A stretch of 61,972 nt of DNA, counting the filler, from Candidatus Fermentibacterota bacterium (GTDB lineage: Bacteria > JAFGKV01): assembly GCA_016928395.1 (NCBI GenBank). It is 7 parts of 7 records of this genome, joined end to end, with 100 filler letters (N's around TTAATTAATTAA, not from the genome) between each part and the next. Parts side by side here need not be neighbours in the genome. Positions count along the whole stretch, not along the records: positions 16,836 to 34,053 come from JAFGKV010000152.1; 6 more parts are not named here. One strand, 5' to 3'. Below the pieces are notes generated by a model. The model searched no databases. It saw only the letters and a list, made by a program, of their open reading frames with translations, and was not told the origin of the DNA. The translations under genes and the position numbers were made by a program. This document shows, piece by piece, positions 21,600 through 31,790 of this stretch (its first letter is position 1; each line of letters opens with the position of its first letter).

Positions 21600-21868
21600 C
21601 CCCTGTCCTCCACAACCGCGTCCGCAACCGATCGGCCGCGCACCTTGGGCGGGTTATCGCATCCCTTTGGCCTGCCCCCTGACCACGAAAGCATCCTCGT
21701 CCTCACGAGTTCTCGGAGGACCGCGTCACTCTGGTCTGGAGCCGCCGGCATGATGACCGCGATCTTCTTGTCTCGATGGGTGACGGTGATGGTCTCCCCA
21801 GTCCTGACGCGCCCAAGCACCCAACTCAGCTTGTTCTTCAGCTCCCTTACTCCGATGGCAGTGTGCAT
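21596..21868 (-). CDS. Phd/YefM-family antitoxin
   Basis: IGVRELKNKLS..GETITVTHRDKKIAVIMP. Confidence 0.9.
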   Translation of the reverse strand: MHTAIGVRELKNKLSWVLGRVRTGETITVTHRDKKIAVIMPAAPDQSDAVLRELVRTRMLSWSGGRPKGCDNPPKVRGRSVADAVVEDRG

Positions 21869-21890
21869 GCGCGGCTCCCTTCTCTTCTTT

Positions 21891-21925
21891 GTAGCTACTC
21901 TAGCCGAGATGTTGCTACTTGTCAA
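21891..21925 (-). promoter_or_regulatory. TA operon promoter with two GTAGCTAC-like operator palindromes
   Basis: TTGACA-17-TAGAGT; GTAGCTAC at 21891-21898 and GTTGCTAC at 21911-21918. Confidence 0.7.
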
Positions 21926-22083
21926 TGTCGAGAGACGCGAGGGTGATCGGGAGTCACCCATGAGGGCCGCTCTCGCCGCTTGGGCTACTCGATCGTCGGC
22001 TGTCGCGGAGCGGTTGAAGCCTCCGCGGCTTCGACGGGCATTCGTTCCCGCCCGCTCTCCCCCGGCCTGCGGTTCTCGTGCGT

Positions 22084-23982
22084 TTAAGTCCCCTCCGCGT
22101 CACTCCTCACACCAAATGCCTCACGCTTCCCTTTCTCACGCAGTTCCGGATACAGGTGCGAGTCCGTCTCCGCTGCCTTGCAGTAGTCCAGTCGGTTGTC
22201 CTCGAACCCTTTGCGCTTGGCGACCACCCGGTAGGAGAACGACACGTGGGAAGTGCCTCTTCTGAGTTCCACCACCTCAAACCCGCTGAGTCCTCGCTTC
22301 ACGTATACTCCTTCACACTCGTCGTGAAGCTCCACGAAGACATGCAGCGGATTTGCTTCGTCGATGGTCACCGTCTCCTGGAACAGGGGATCCAGCTCGA
22401 CGCGGCACCGGCCGTTGACCAGCCTGGCCTCGCCGAAGTCCTCGAACCAGTTCTCGGGGCTCTCCTGGCAGTACATGAGGGTCGGGCCTTTGGATGTCTT
22501 CACCACGCAGCTCTTGGTGCCGGTTCCGGCAAGGCCACCAGAGTAGTACACGCCGTAGCCGTGGGTTGAGAGGGTCATCCCATAGACGCCGTATGTGTAC
22601 CCCGTCGGATGGGCGGCGACACCGTGGACTCCCCTCCCCGCATTGGATGAGCTCTGAAACCAGCCGCCGAAGGATTGCCCCACTCCGTGCATGTCAGCGA
22701 TGCCATACACGGCCGTGCCATCCACTGAGTGCGACACGAAACTTCCCCCATAGGCGGATCCCGTCGTTGCAGCCGCGGTTCCCGAAACTCCGATACCCGA
22801 AGTAGAGGAGGCAACCCCAGCGATTCCGCAGCCGCCGGATGCCGTTGCGGTGTTCTCGCCAAAGACCGCACACCCCGACGGCGATGAACACCTTCCGTAG
22901 AGCCCATAGATCGATCCTGTGCTTGACGAGGCCTCTCCATAGACGCCACAACCAGCTGTGGAACGGCTCTTGCCATATACCCCGTACGTCACCCCCGCAG
23001 AGGCGGTGGCCTCACCCCAGATGCCGGTCCCCGCGTTCGATGCACTCCCACCATAGACTCCCGTGCAGTTCCCGGTGGCCGCCATGGCTTCACTGTAGAC
23101 TCCCGCGCCGAACGGCGCCCCTGTCCTCGCGTATACCCCTTTCGCGGTGAGCGAGGTCGCGGTGGCTTCTCCATAGACTCCATACCCAACTGGAGATGCC
23201 GTGCGACCGTACACACCAGCCGTTATCCCCGCGGTCGAACGCGTCTCACCGAGTACACCGGTTCCTGCATTAGAGTCACTCACTCCGTGGACACCGACAT
23301 TGGCACCGGAGCCCGTTGTGGCCCATCCCGAGACCCCCCGACCGTTTGCGGCATCGCTGCGGCCTGCTACGCCGACGGTCGAGTCGGAATCGGCGTTTGC
23401 CCAGCCGAACACCCCTGTGCCGCCCTGTGAGTTCGACTCACCGAGGACTCCGATGGCCACGCCGGCCAGGTCCGTGGCGTGCCCGACCACGGCGGCTCCC
23501 GCCGGAGCTGCAATCTCCCCGCGAAGGCCGATCCCGTCCGGATTCGTATTGACGGCATTGAGTACGGGACTGCCGCAATCTCCCACGATCTCAGTCCCCG
23601 GCACCAGCCCACTGGCCATGTAGGCATAGCCGGCCGATGCCAGGCGCTGCCGGGGCGTCTGATTGACCCCATTGAAGGTCACGAGGAGCCAGCAGTTCTG
23701 GCTGAAGTCCAACGTGATGGCCGGCTGCGGGCTCTCCCCCAACAAGACGCTGAAGACGCCGCCCGTCACCGAGACCGAGTGGGCCCCGCTGTCCCACAGT
23801 ACACTCCCTCCCGTGACATCATCGTAGATTCGAAACCGCATGGTGTAGGTGTTGTCAGGCACGGGAGTGCCCCCCGCATCCGTCACCTTGCCTTGATAGC
23901 TGATGACAGTCGGGATCTCGGCCGACGCAATGGAGAGGGCGAGGAGAAGCACAAGGACGAGCACTAGACACCGTGTGCACAT
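22084..23982 (-). CDS. Secreted Gly-rich repeat fibre/adhesin-like protein, paralog A
   Basis: Signal peptide; ISYQG N-domain; about 13-aa GVxG repeats; C-domain KSCVV..YCQESPENWFEDFG..YRVVAKRKG. Confidence 0.8.
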   Translation of the reverse strand: MCTRCLVLVLVLLLALSIASAEIPTVISYQGKVTDAGGTPVPDNTYTMRFRIYDDVTGGSVLWDSGAHSVSVTGGVFSVLLGESPQPAITLDFSQNCWLLVTFNGVNQTPRQRLASAGYAYMASGLVPGTEIVGDCGSPVLNAVNTNPDGIGLRGEIAAPAGAAVVGHATDLAGVAIGVLGESNSQGGTGVFGWANADSDSTVGVAGRSDAANGRGVSGWATTGSGANVGVHGVSDSNAGTGVLGETRSTAGITAGVYGRTASPVGYGVYGEATATSLTAKGVYARTGAPFGAGVYSEAMAATGNCTGVYGGSASNAGTGIWGEATASAGVTYGVYGKSRSTAGCGVYGEASSSTGSIYGLYGRCSSPSGCAVFGENTATASGGCGIAGVASSTSGIGVSGTAAATTGSAYGGSFVSHSVDGTAVYGIADMHGVGQSFGGWFQSSSNAGRGVHGVAAHPTGYTYGVYGMTLSTHGYGVYYSGGLAGTGTKSCVVKTSKGPTLMYCQESPENWFEDFGEARLVNGRCRVELDPLFQETVTIDEANPLHVFVELHDECEGVYVKRGLSGFEVVELRRGTSHVSFSYRVVAKRKGFEDNRLDYCKAAETDSHLYPELREKGKREAFGVRSDAEGT

Positions 23983-24454
23983 GGAAGGCTCCTTCCTGCT
24001 GGCCCACGGCGTCTACGGTCTTTCGCCCCACAGCTCCGCAGCAACCGCGGGAATGATTACGCCATCATGGTGATGTCGGTGGGAATATGCAGCGAGGCAC
24101 GAAGTGCGGCCAAGAGAATTCCTGTAAGCTGACGGAGCCCCGGAATCGGAAACCGTTTACGCACTAGCCCAGCATTCGCGTCGATATCAGGAAGCGCGGA
24201 AGAAGAACGCGACCTCATCCGCTGGCTGAGGCCCGAGTTCCCGAACCCTCCAGGCTCGGCTCCCGGTACGCAGCCGAATCTGGAGGGGCTGACTGCCGCC
24301 GCGTTCAACCTGCGTTTGTGGCTTGGGGGCTTGACGAGAGCACCGTGGAGACTGCCTTGTCTCGTGGTGGCACGTGCCGGAAATGGTGACCCCCGCTCAA
24401 CGTCAGTGTGCCCTAAATCGATCCGAGGGTACCCTTCCCGGCCTCACTGGCTGA

Positions 24455-24603
24455 AGGAAGACGCGGGGGTCACATCGTGATGCAGCAAAAGAGCGAGGAT
24501 AGTACGATTACTGTACCGGTTCCGAACCATGCCGAGCGCCTCGTCGGCACGCTTCAGTCGATCATTCACCAATCAGGGCTCTCCCGATCCGAGTTCGAGG
24601 TGC
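24455..24603 (+). pseudogene. hicA: HicA-family toxin remnant lacking its N-terminus
   Basis: RRRGGHIVMQQK..TITVPVPNHAE..GTLQSIIHQSGLSRSEFE; no intact 5' half or hicB. Confidence 0.7.
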
Positions 24604-24699
24604 AGGGAGTTCTGCCCTCCCAGCCTTTCCTCACTCCCGAGGCGTTCACAGGCTGCGGTTCACGGCACGCGGCCCCAAGCGCCCCGCGGTGACGGGTGC

Positions 24700-24930
24700 T
24701 TACGTTCCGCTCCGCGCCGCCCTCATGAACACGCGCTGCATTTCCACGAGGCCGCTTGTACGCCGAGGGGCGCACCCCGCGCGGTCGCCGATCTCCAGCA
24801 GCGCATCCACGTCCGTCCAGCGGTACGGCATGTCCCGAAGGGCCTCTCGTCGAAGACGCTCGAGATCACGCCCAGTGATCTCCCATTGTCGTATCAAACG
24901 CTTCTGCTCTTCTCGAGTGGGCGAGTTCAC
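24700..24930 (-). CDS. Small helical protein translationally coupled to the nucleotidyltransferase
   Basis: GTG overlaps the upstream TGA; 76 aa. Confidence 0.65.
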   Translation of the reverse strand: MNSPTREEQKRLIRQWEITGRDLERLRREALRDMPYRWTDVDALLEIGDRAGCAPRRTSGLVEMQRVFMRAARSGT

Positions 24931-25487
24931 CGGTGCTTCTCCAGGAGTTGCCGGGCCCGGTCTACGATCTCCGGCGCTTCCTTCAGTTCGCAGAGCTCCG
25001 TCAGATCAGCGAGAATCCGCCGCCTGTCCAGAGTCGTCATTCGAACCGCGATGCTCTCAACATCCAGCCAGTCTCTGGGCCGCGACGCAAAGGCTTTCAG
25101 CACAAAAAGATCCTCCGCCGTGCAACAGGGCAGGATGAGGCCGGGCGCAAACTCTATCGGCACCGACCGTTGCACCATGGCGACCTCGAATGGCAAGGCA
25201 CCCAGCGCCACATCAACGGGTCTTCCGTTTGTCGCCGCAACAAGCAGCACCCGGTGTTCCAGGGCGAATGCATGGCCGTTCGGTACTCGAGGCGCAAACC
25301 GCGCAAGGACCGCGCGTACATACCGCTCCTCCTCGCCCCAATCAGCCAACAGGGTGATGTCGGCGTCTAGTGTGGTGCGGGGCTCGCCCCATCGCTGAAC
25401 CGCCAGGCCACCGATGACGCAGAACCGCCAACCCTGTGCGGCCAAGAATTCGCACACCTCTCGTGTTGCCTCGAACACAGCGTTCAT
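24927..25487 (-). CDS. Pol-beta-superfamily nucleotidyltransferase (AbiEii/DUF6036-like)
   Basis: IGGLAV..EPRTTLDAD, EDLFVLK..RPRDWLD. Confidence 0.8.
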   Translation of the reverse strand: MNAVFEATREVCEFLAAQGWRFCVIGGLAVQRWGEPRTTLDADITLLADWGEEERYVRAVLARFAPRVPNGHAFALEHRVLLVAATNGRPVDVALGALPFEVAMVQRSVPIEFAPGLILPCCTAEDLFVLKAFASRPRDWLDVESIAVRMTTLDRRRILADLTELCELKEAPEIVDRARQLLEKHR

Positions 25488-25867
25488 GAACCATACTCCC
25501 ACGAAGAGCCCGGATTCCAGAGTATTCCTCATAGAGGCGTCTACGGGAGGCAAACGCCATCGGTAAAAGGTACTGCGATTTCGGCACGATGTCAGCGACT
25601 TCTTGTGCGGGTCGTTTGTCGAAGGCCGCTCTGGCCGGCCTTCCCGCACGGGGTTAGCCGCGTGCATCCGCAATCGACCGAAGTGACCGCTGGGACACAA
25701 TCCGGGGCTCCATCAATCAGGGTGGCGGTTGCCGCCGGACCTCCGGATGCACAACTCTTACACTGGGGCCGCACCGCCCAGCATCCAGCGGTGCTCGACC
25801 AAGCTCTGCGGCGTGCCATCCACGTGGAGGGTGCCCCCACTCTCCATCTCTCCGAGACGCCATTCGT

Positions 25868-27673
25868 TCATTGCGTTGGCCTGATCGCGGCCCGGACTTG
25901 CTCGGTTCGGAGCCGCTCGTGTTCATTCTCCAGGCGCCGATGCTCCTCGTCCATCCTCGGACGCCCCTCGTCTCGGCGCGCATGCTCCTTCTCGTACTCC
26001 TGCCGCTCCTTCTCCCGCAGCTCGGGGTAGAGGTAGGAATCCCTCTCCGCCGCGGCACAGTAGTCGAGGCGCTTCTCCTCGAAGCCCTTGCGTTTGGCGA
26101 CTACGCGGTACCAGAAGGCGGAGGAGGTTGATCCTCCATGCCGCTCAACAAGGTCAAACCCGGTGTGGCTTCGCCGAATGGCCACCCCGTTGCAGGCGTC
26201 CGACTCCACTTCCACAAACACCTTCATCGGGTTCGCCGCATCGATGGTGACGGTCTCGAGGAAGAGCGGATCCATCTCGACGCGGCATCTTCCATTCACG
26301 AGCCGGCCTTCGCCGAAGTCCTCGAACCAGCTCTCCGGGCTCTCCTGACAGTACATGAGCGACGGGCCCTGTGACGTTCGCACCACGCAGCTCTTGGTGC
26401 CCGAGCCGGCAAGTCCGCCTGAGTAATAGACGCCGTAACCGCTCGTCGAGAAGCTTTTGCCCCATACCCCGAAGTTGGTGCCCGTATAGGCGAAGGCGCA
26501 GCCCGCGACGCCTTTACCCTCAGTGGAGTTACTGTGGCCATATACGCCCAATGTGCTGCCCGTACTGGCGGTGGCGTAGCCCGCGACGCCTATACCCTCG
26601 CTGGATACCACTAAGCCGTACACACCCCTTGTCTGACCTGACGATGCGATGGCTTCACCATACACGCCGATGCCGTCGGTGGAGTAGGTTTCGCCATGTA
26701 CGCCATGGGTGGTTCCGGTGCTGGCGGTGGCAAGGCCGAGCACGCCCATGCCCGCAGTGGAGTAGCTGTGGCCATAGACGCCGTAGGTGTTGCCCATGGA
26801 TGCGGTGGCCCAGCCGTACACGCCGATGCCGTCGGTGGAGTAGGTTTCGCCATGCACGCCGTAGGCGATGCCGGTGCTGGCGGTGGCCCAGCCGTACACC
26901 CCGCAGCCGGCGATGGAGGCGTTTTGGCCGTAGACCCCGTAGGTGTAGCCCGTGCTGGCGGTCGACTCACCGGAGACCCCGCAGCCGGCAATTGCGGCGC
27001 TGATGCCCCGCACGCCGAGGGCGCCGCCCGTCGTGGCTGCGGCATGGCCGTAGATCGCCGTCCCCGACTGCGAAAGTGTCTGCGCATGCACGCCGTAGGA
27101 GTCCCCGGTCGCCGCCAGACCGCGGGCAAACACGGCCGACCCATCGGGAGAATTGACCGTCGCGTACAGGCCGTGGGTGTACCCGGAGGTCGCATTGGCG
27201 AAGGCCCACACAGCGGCCGCATCCGTCTCCGAGCTGTTGTTCTGAGCCGCGAACACCGTGCCTGCCATCGAGCCACTCACCTCAGTCCCCGGCACCAGCC
27301 CGCTGGCCATGTAGGCATAGCCCACGCTTCCAAGCCGGGTCCGCGGTTCCTGCAGATTACCATCTACGTTCACCATCAGCCAATAGTCTTGATCGAATGC
27401 CAGGGACAACGCCGGCTGCGGGCTCTCACCGAGCACCACGCTGAATATGCCGCCGGCAATCTGCACATCCTGTATCCCGCTATCCCACAACAGAGTACCC
27501 GCCGTGTGCGCATCGTAAATCTGGAACACCATCCCGTAAATCCCATCAGTCACCGGGGAACCGCCGCTATCCGTGACTCTCCCCTGATAGGTGATCACAT
27601 GCGGGATCTCTGCGGATGCCAAGGACGTGAGAACCATAATACCACTGACGATTGCGAGAAATCGTGTGTGCAT
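25868..27673 (-). CDS. Secreted Gly-rich repeat fibre/adhesin-like protein, paralog B
   Basis: Same architecture as A; internal DNA direct repeat at 26661 and 26817; charged coiled-coil tail. Confidence 0.8.
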   Translation of the reverse strand: MHTRFLAIVSGIMVLTSLASAEIPHVITYQGRVTDSGGSPVTDGIYGMVFQIYDAHTAGTLLWDSGIQDVQIAGGIFSVVLGESPQPALSLAFDQDYWLMVNVDGNLQEPRTRLGSVGYAYMASGLVPGTEVSGSMAGTVFAAQNNSSETDAAAVWAFANATSGYTHGLYATVNSPDGSAVFARGLAATGDSYGVHAQTLSQSGTAIYGHAAATTGGALGVRGISAAIAGCGVSGESTASTGYTYGVYGQNASIAGCGVYGWATASTGIAYGVHGETYSTDGIGVYGWATASMGNTYGVYGHSYSTAGMGVLGLATASTGTTHGVHGETYSTDGIGVYGEAIASSGQTRGVYGLVVSSEGIGVAGYATASTGSTLGVYGHSNSTEGKGVAGCAFAYTGTNFGVWGKSFSTSGYGVYYSGGLAGSGTKSCVVRTSQGPSLMYCQESPESWFEDFGEGRLVNGRCRVEMDPLFLETVTIDAANPMKVFVEVESDACNGVAIRRSHTGFDLVERHGGSTSSAFWYRVVAKRKGFEEKRLDYCAAAERDSYLYPELREKERQEYEKEHARRDEGRPRMDEEHRRLENEHERLRTEQVRAAIRPTQ

Positions 27674-28765
27674 GGGAGCTTCCTTCCTGTTTTCCCGCGA
27701 TGCCGCAATGCGTGCGCCCCACCACAGGTAGGCCAACGCGGGCAGAATTCCCTGAGTGAGGGTTAGAACGAATATGATGCGTGATTCGTGCAGCAGTCAA
27801 CGAAGAACGCGACTCTTCAACGGCGGCCGGGGGTGGATGCTCGATAGCCGTGACAAGCAGACCGTGAGTTCGCGAAGAAGCGAATAGCTCACCAAGGAGC
27901 CGCACATCGCGCGGACATGCCCTGCCGGGCGCCCAGCACGCTAGTGAAGCGGGATCTCGGGCGGTGTGGTCACACAGACCGCTCAGACAACAGAGGACTA
28001 CATGCTGAGGAGCCGCTTTCCGGTAATACAGGCCTCTTGACGACAGGAGACATAGAATGTCCCCGAAGCGCCCGACCTTGACCCGTTTCGAGCGCTTCCG
28101 ACATTCTTGTGGGTGTCAAAGAGGTTCTCCTGGTCTCGAGCGAGCAGCTACAGGAGGCGTGACGGGCACCTCAGTGGTCTCTCGGGCCTGAGCGCATCCC
28201 TGGCAGCGGAGTTGCTGACCGCGGTGGAATGCGACGCCTTCAAGGGCAGGGACAGAGCAAGCGTCGCAGGCACGCAGCTGTGGCATCCAACGGTGCGGGG
28301 GAACTGTAGAAGCCACGCCGTGGTGCGGCGTGTTGCACGGCAGGAGACTGCCGTGACTACAGCATTTCTGCGCCTGTCGTCTCGATGGAGCACGGGCATG
28401 CCGATGTCGCTCTTGAGCGCTTCCCTACGCTGAGGCTGCACAGATTGTGTCCACGAGCCCCCACCCGACGAGCGCGAGCAGGGCAGTAGACGACACAGCG
28501 CCCTGTTCTCCCCCGGGCGATCCACGAAGAACCCAAAAGCACCCCCTTAGGAGCTCCAACCTTAGTACTCGGGTTCATACGTACGGTCACGCACAGAGAG
28601 CGACGGGGCGACCGGGCAACGGGCGAGCGAGGAGGGCAGATATCCGCCACCGATTGAGGGTTACAGAGTGTCGGGATGCGACGGCGGTCGAACGCGAGCG
28701 CATGTGTGAATCCGAGTACTCAGTAAAGGTATCCATTCTGCAGTGTGGCCACAGTCATGAACGGA

Positions 28766-30817
28766 TTAGTCCGGTCTTAGAACGGCGATTCGGCTCATGT
28801 CCGGAACGGCACCACGCTTGAGCAAGAGCCTTGTTTCATCGGAACGGCGTTCATGGTCCTCCGCCCGTGTGATACCCTCGAGGAATCTTCGCCTGACGTT
28901 CTCTTCGTATTCGGGATACAAGAATGGATCGGTTCGGGCCGCCTCGCAGACAGTCAATCGATCCGATTCGAAATCTCTCCGCTTCGCGACGACTCTATAG
29001 GTAAAAGGCACATCGGAGCGCCCCCCGCGCAGCTCTTTGACATCAAAGCCAGTCAGTCGCCGTTCAACATAGACACCTTCGCAGTCACCACCGAGTTCCA
29101 CGAAGACTCGCATGGGATGAACCTCGGAAATGGTAACCGTCTCCAGGAATACTGGATCGAGTTCTATGTGTGCGCGGCCAATAGACAAGCGCCCGTCACC
29201 GAAATCCTCAAACCAGCATTCAGGACTTTCCTGGCAGTAGTACATGGTCGGCCCCTTGGAGGTTTTCACCACACAGCTCTTCGTACCCGTTCCCGCGAGG
29301 CCTCCTGAATAGTATACTCCAACCCGGGAAGATCCTGACGGGAAACCCGCGATACCGTAGAGGCCATATGCTGTACCCGATGTGGAACCGCCGTAACCCT
29401 GCACGCCTCTTCCTCCCGGGGCGGCGCAGCCCCCTTCCACCCCAATTGCATTACTTGCGCTATAGTTGCTGTTATAGCCGACCACGCCCGCCCCAATCCA
29501 CGAATTGGTGCTCCCTTGAACGCCGCATGCCGTCGATCCGGGATATGCGGATGCAAAACCCAATACGCCGATGCCATGACTCGATTGGGTTTCTCCCGAA
29601 ACACCAACCGAAAGGTCACGGGCCTGGGTTGTCACACCGCAAACTCCCGTTCCAGAGGGGGATGCGGATTGTCCGTACATACCGTAGGTTGTCCCGGAGA
29701 GTGCTGAGGCATCACCATAGACACCAATTCCTCCATCAGATTCCGTCTCGAAATAGCCGCCGTACGCCAGGCCTTCGGTTGCAGTTGCGGAACCGTGTAC
29801 ACCGTCACCTTCCGAAGAGGATGTCTGACCGTATACACCGTAGGTCCACCCGTTTCCGGAGCTGGCGAGACCCCAGACGCCCCGACCCAATGAAGATGAA
29901 CTCTCACCGGCTACGCCATACGTGTCACCAGAGGTGCCGGGAGCCCACCCGACTACACCACGGCCATCGGTTGATTCACTGATACCGAGAACCCCCCAGC
30001 ATTGTCCCGAAGCAGATGTGGAGACTCCTCGAACACCGTCGCCGTTCGGCGACGCGTTATTGCCCAGTACTCCAAGAGCCGCGCCCGTCGTAGCCGAAGC
30101 AATCCCTCGAATGGCGATGCCGTCCGGTGAGGAGACTTCCCCGTGGACCCCAACGGTTGAGCCTGATGTCGAAGGAGCCTGCCCATGTATGGCGGTGCCT
30201 TCATCTGATAGGACCTGGGCGTATACGCCTTTGGTCAATCCCGTGCCTGAGGTAGATCGGGCGAACAAACCATTGCCTGACGGGGAGTTGTTCGCGGCGT
30301 ATACGCCGTGCGTGTACCCCGCCCCCGCGTTGGCGAAAGCATAGAGGGCCGCGGCATCGGCGTTCGATGCCTCGTTTATGACAGTAAGTGAACTCGCGTA
30401 ACCTTCCACGATGTGTCCGTGTACCGTCGTCCCCGGCACCAGCCCGCTGGCCATGTAGGCATAACCGGCCGATGCCAGGCGCTGCCGGGGCGTCTGATTG
30501 ACCCCGTTGAAGGTCACGAGGAGCCAGTAGTTCTGGCTGAAGTCCAACGGGATGGCCGGCTGCGGGCTCTCTCCCAACAAGACGCTGAAGATGCCACCCG
30601 TCACCGAGACCGAGTGCGCCCCGCTGTCCCACAGCACACTCCCTCCCGTGACATCATCGTAGATTCGAAACCGCATGGTGTAGGTGTTGTCGGCCACGGG
30701 ATTCCCCGATGCATCCGTCACCTTGCCCTGGTAGCTGATGACAGTCGGGATCTCGCCCCAGGACAGGGCACACAGGAGCACACACAGGACGCCACACAAA
30801 AGCCACGGACCGCGCAT
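28766..30817 (-). CDS. Secreted Gly-rich repeat fibre/adhesin-like protein, paralog C
   Basis: Same architecture; GAGGAGG RBS; N-domain nearly identical to A. Confidence 0.8.
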   Translation of the reverse strand: MRGPWLLCGVLCVLLCALSWGEIPTVISYQGKVTDASGNPVADNTYTMRFRIYDDVTGGSVLWDSGAHSVSVTGGIFSVLLGESPQPAIPLDFSQNYWLLVTFNGVNQTPRQRLASAGYAYMASGLVPGTTVHGHIVEGYASSLTVINEASNADAAALYAFANAGAGYTHGVYAANNSPSGNGLFARSTSGTGLTKGVYAQVLSDEGTAIHGQAPSTSGSTVGVHGEVSSPDGIAIRGIASATTGAALGVLGNNASPNGDGVRGVSTSASGQCWGVLGISESTDGRGVVGWAPGTSGDTYGVAGESSSSLGRGVWGLASSGNGWTYGVYGQTSSSEGDGVHGSATATEGLAYGGYFETESDGGIGVYGDASALSGTTYGMYGQSASPSGTGVCGVTTQARDLSVGVSGETQSSHGIGVLGFASAYPGSTACGVQGSTNSWIGAGVVGYNSNYSASNAIGVEGGCAAPGGRGVQGYGGSTSGTAYGLYGIAGFPSGSSRVGVYYSGGLAGTGTKSCVVKTSKGPTMYYCQESPECWFEDFGDGRLSIGRAHIELDPVFLETVTISEVHPMRVFVELGGDCEGVYVERRLTGFDVKELRGGRSDVPFTYRVVAKRRDFESDRLTVCEAARTDPFLYPEYEENVRRRFLEGITRAEDHERRSDETRLLLKRGAVPDMSRIAVLRPD

Positions 30818-30959
30818 GGGTCGCCTCCTCGTTTCGGCCCAGGGCTCCGGTGCGTGTGACCTTCTCTCGGGCCAGAGCCCATAGGCCTCCCTTGGATAGC
30901 GCGAACGTAAACGGGGCAATCATGCGGAGTCAATCTCCCAGAGGGAGAGCTCGGGAGGG

Positions 30960-31320
30960 CATGCGCGGACCCGACGAAGCGGGTCCCTCCACCGCGAAGG
31001 TTCCCCGCTGGAGGGACGCGATTCCTCGCGTCCGGAAGCTGGGTGTCACGCCGGACCCGACAGAGTCGCCCGGGGGTAACGGCGGGAGGGCAGAGACGCC
31101 CTCCCCTACGGCCTGCGCGTTCGATCTCGCGGTGCTCTTCCCCTGAAAATGCGGTGTGCGGTCGGTGTAGGAGCGCCGTCAGGCGCGAACCGGTGGGGCC
31201 GGGGTTCCTACCCTGCGAAAGGCTCGCACTCCCAATCGCGCTTGCTGAGTTCCATATACGATCTCGCGTCACGGGAGGGCAGGGACGCCCTCCCCTACGG
31301 ATGCGACAGGCTCGATGTTA
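30960..31320. repeat. Cluster of REP-like palindromes
   Basis: gggagggcagRgacgccctcccctacgg twice (inverted copy near 61638); ggagggacgcgattcctcgcgtccg (inverted copy near 34490); gtaggagcgccgtcaggcgcgaa. Confidence 0.7.
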
Positions 31321-31358
31321 CTGCAACTGGCGACAGCGCCGGCCGATGGATTCCCTCC

Positions 31359-31763
31359 TTACCGGCTCGCCTCCCGCTCCCGTTCCATCCATGCCCGTTC
31401 CTCGCTGATCTCCCTCCGCTCCGGATAGAGGTACGAATCCGTCCGGGCCGCCTCGCACACGTCCAGCCGCTTCGCCTCGAATACCCTTCGCTTGGCCACC
31501 ACGCGGTAGGAGAACGCACCCGAGGCCGTTGCGTCGGCGAGGTTCACCACATCGAATCCCGTGGTGTGCCGATTCACCACGACGCCCACGCTTCCTTGCT
31601 CGTAGGGTTGAATGAAGACATGCATTCCATTGCTCTGGTCAATGGTCACAGTTTCCAGGAACAGAGGATCCAGCTCGACGCGGCATCTTCCATTCACGAG
31701 CCGGCCTTCCCCGAAGTCCTCGAACCAGTTCTCGGGGCTCTCCTGGCAATAGAGCAGAGTTGG
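31359..31763 (-). pseudogene. Headless C-terminal-domain fragment of the fibre family (paralog D)
   Basis: PTLLYCQESPENWFEDFGEGRLVNGRCRVELDPLFLETVTID..YRVVAKRR; no signal peptide, N-domain or repeats. Confidence 0.8.
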
Positions 31764-31790
31764 CCGCTGCGTCAGCGAATACGGGAATCT

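Noticed and set aside
22084-31763. Diversity-generating retroelement (fragment D as template repeat)
   Set aside because: No reverse transcriptase in the window, and the differences are not adenine-specific
21153-31763. Integron cassette array
   Set aside because: No integrase and no recurring attC-like RYYYAAC...GTTRRRY sites between the genes
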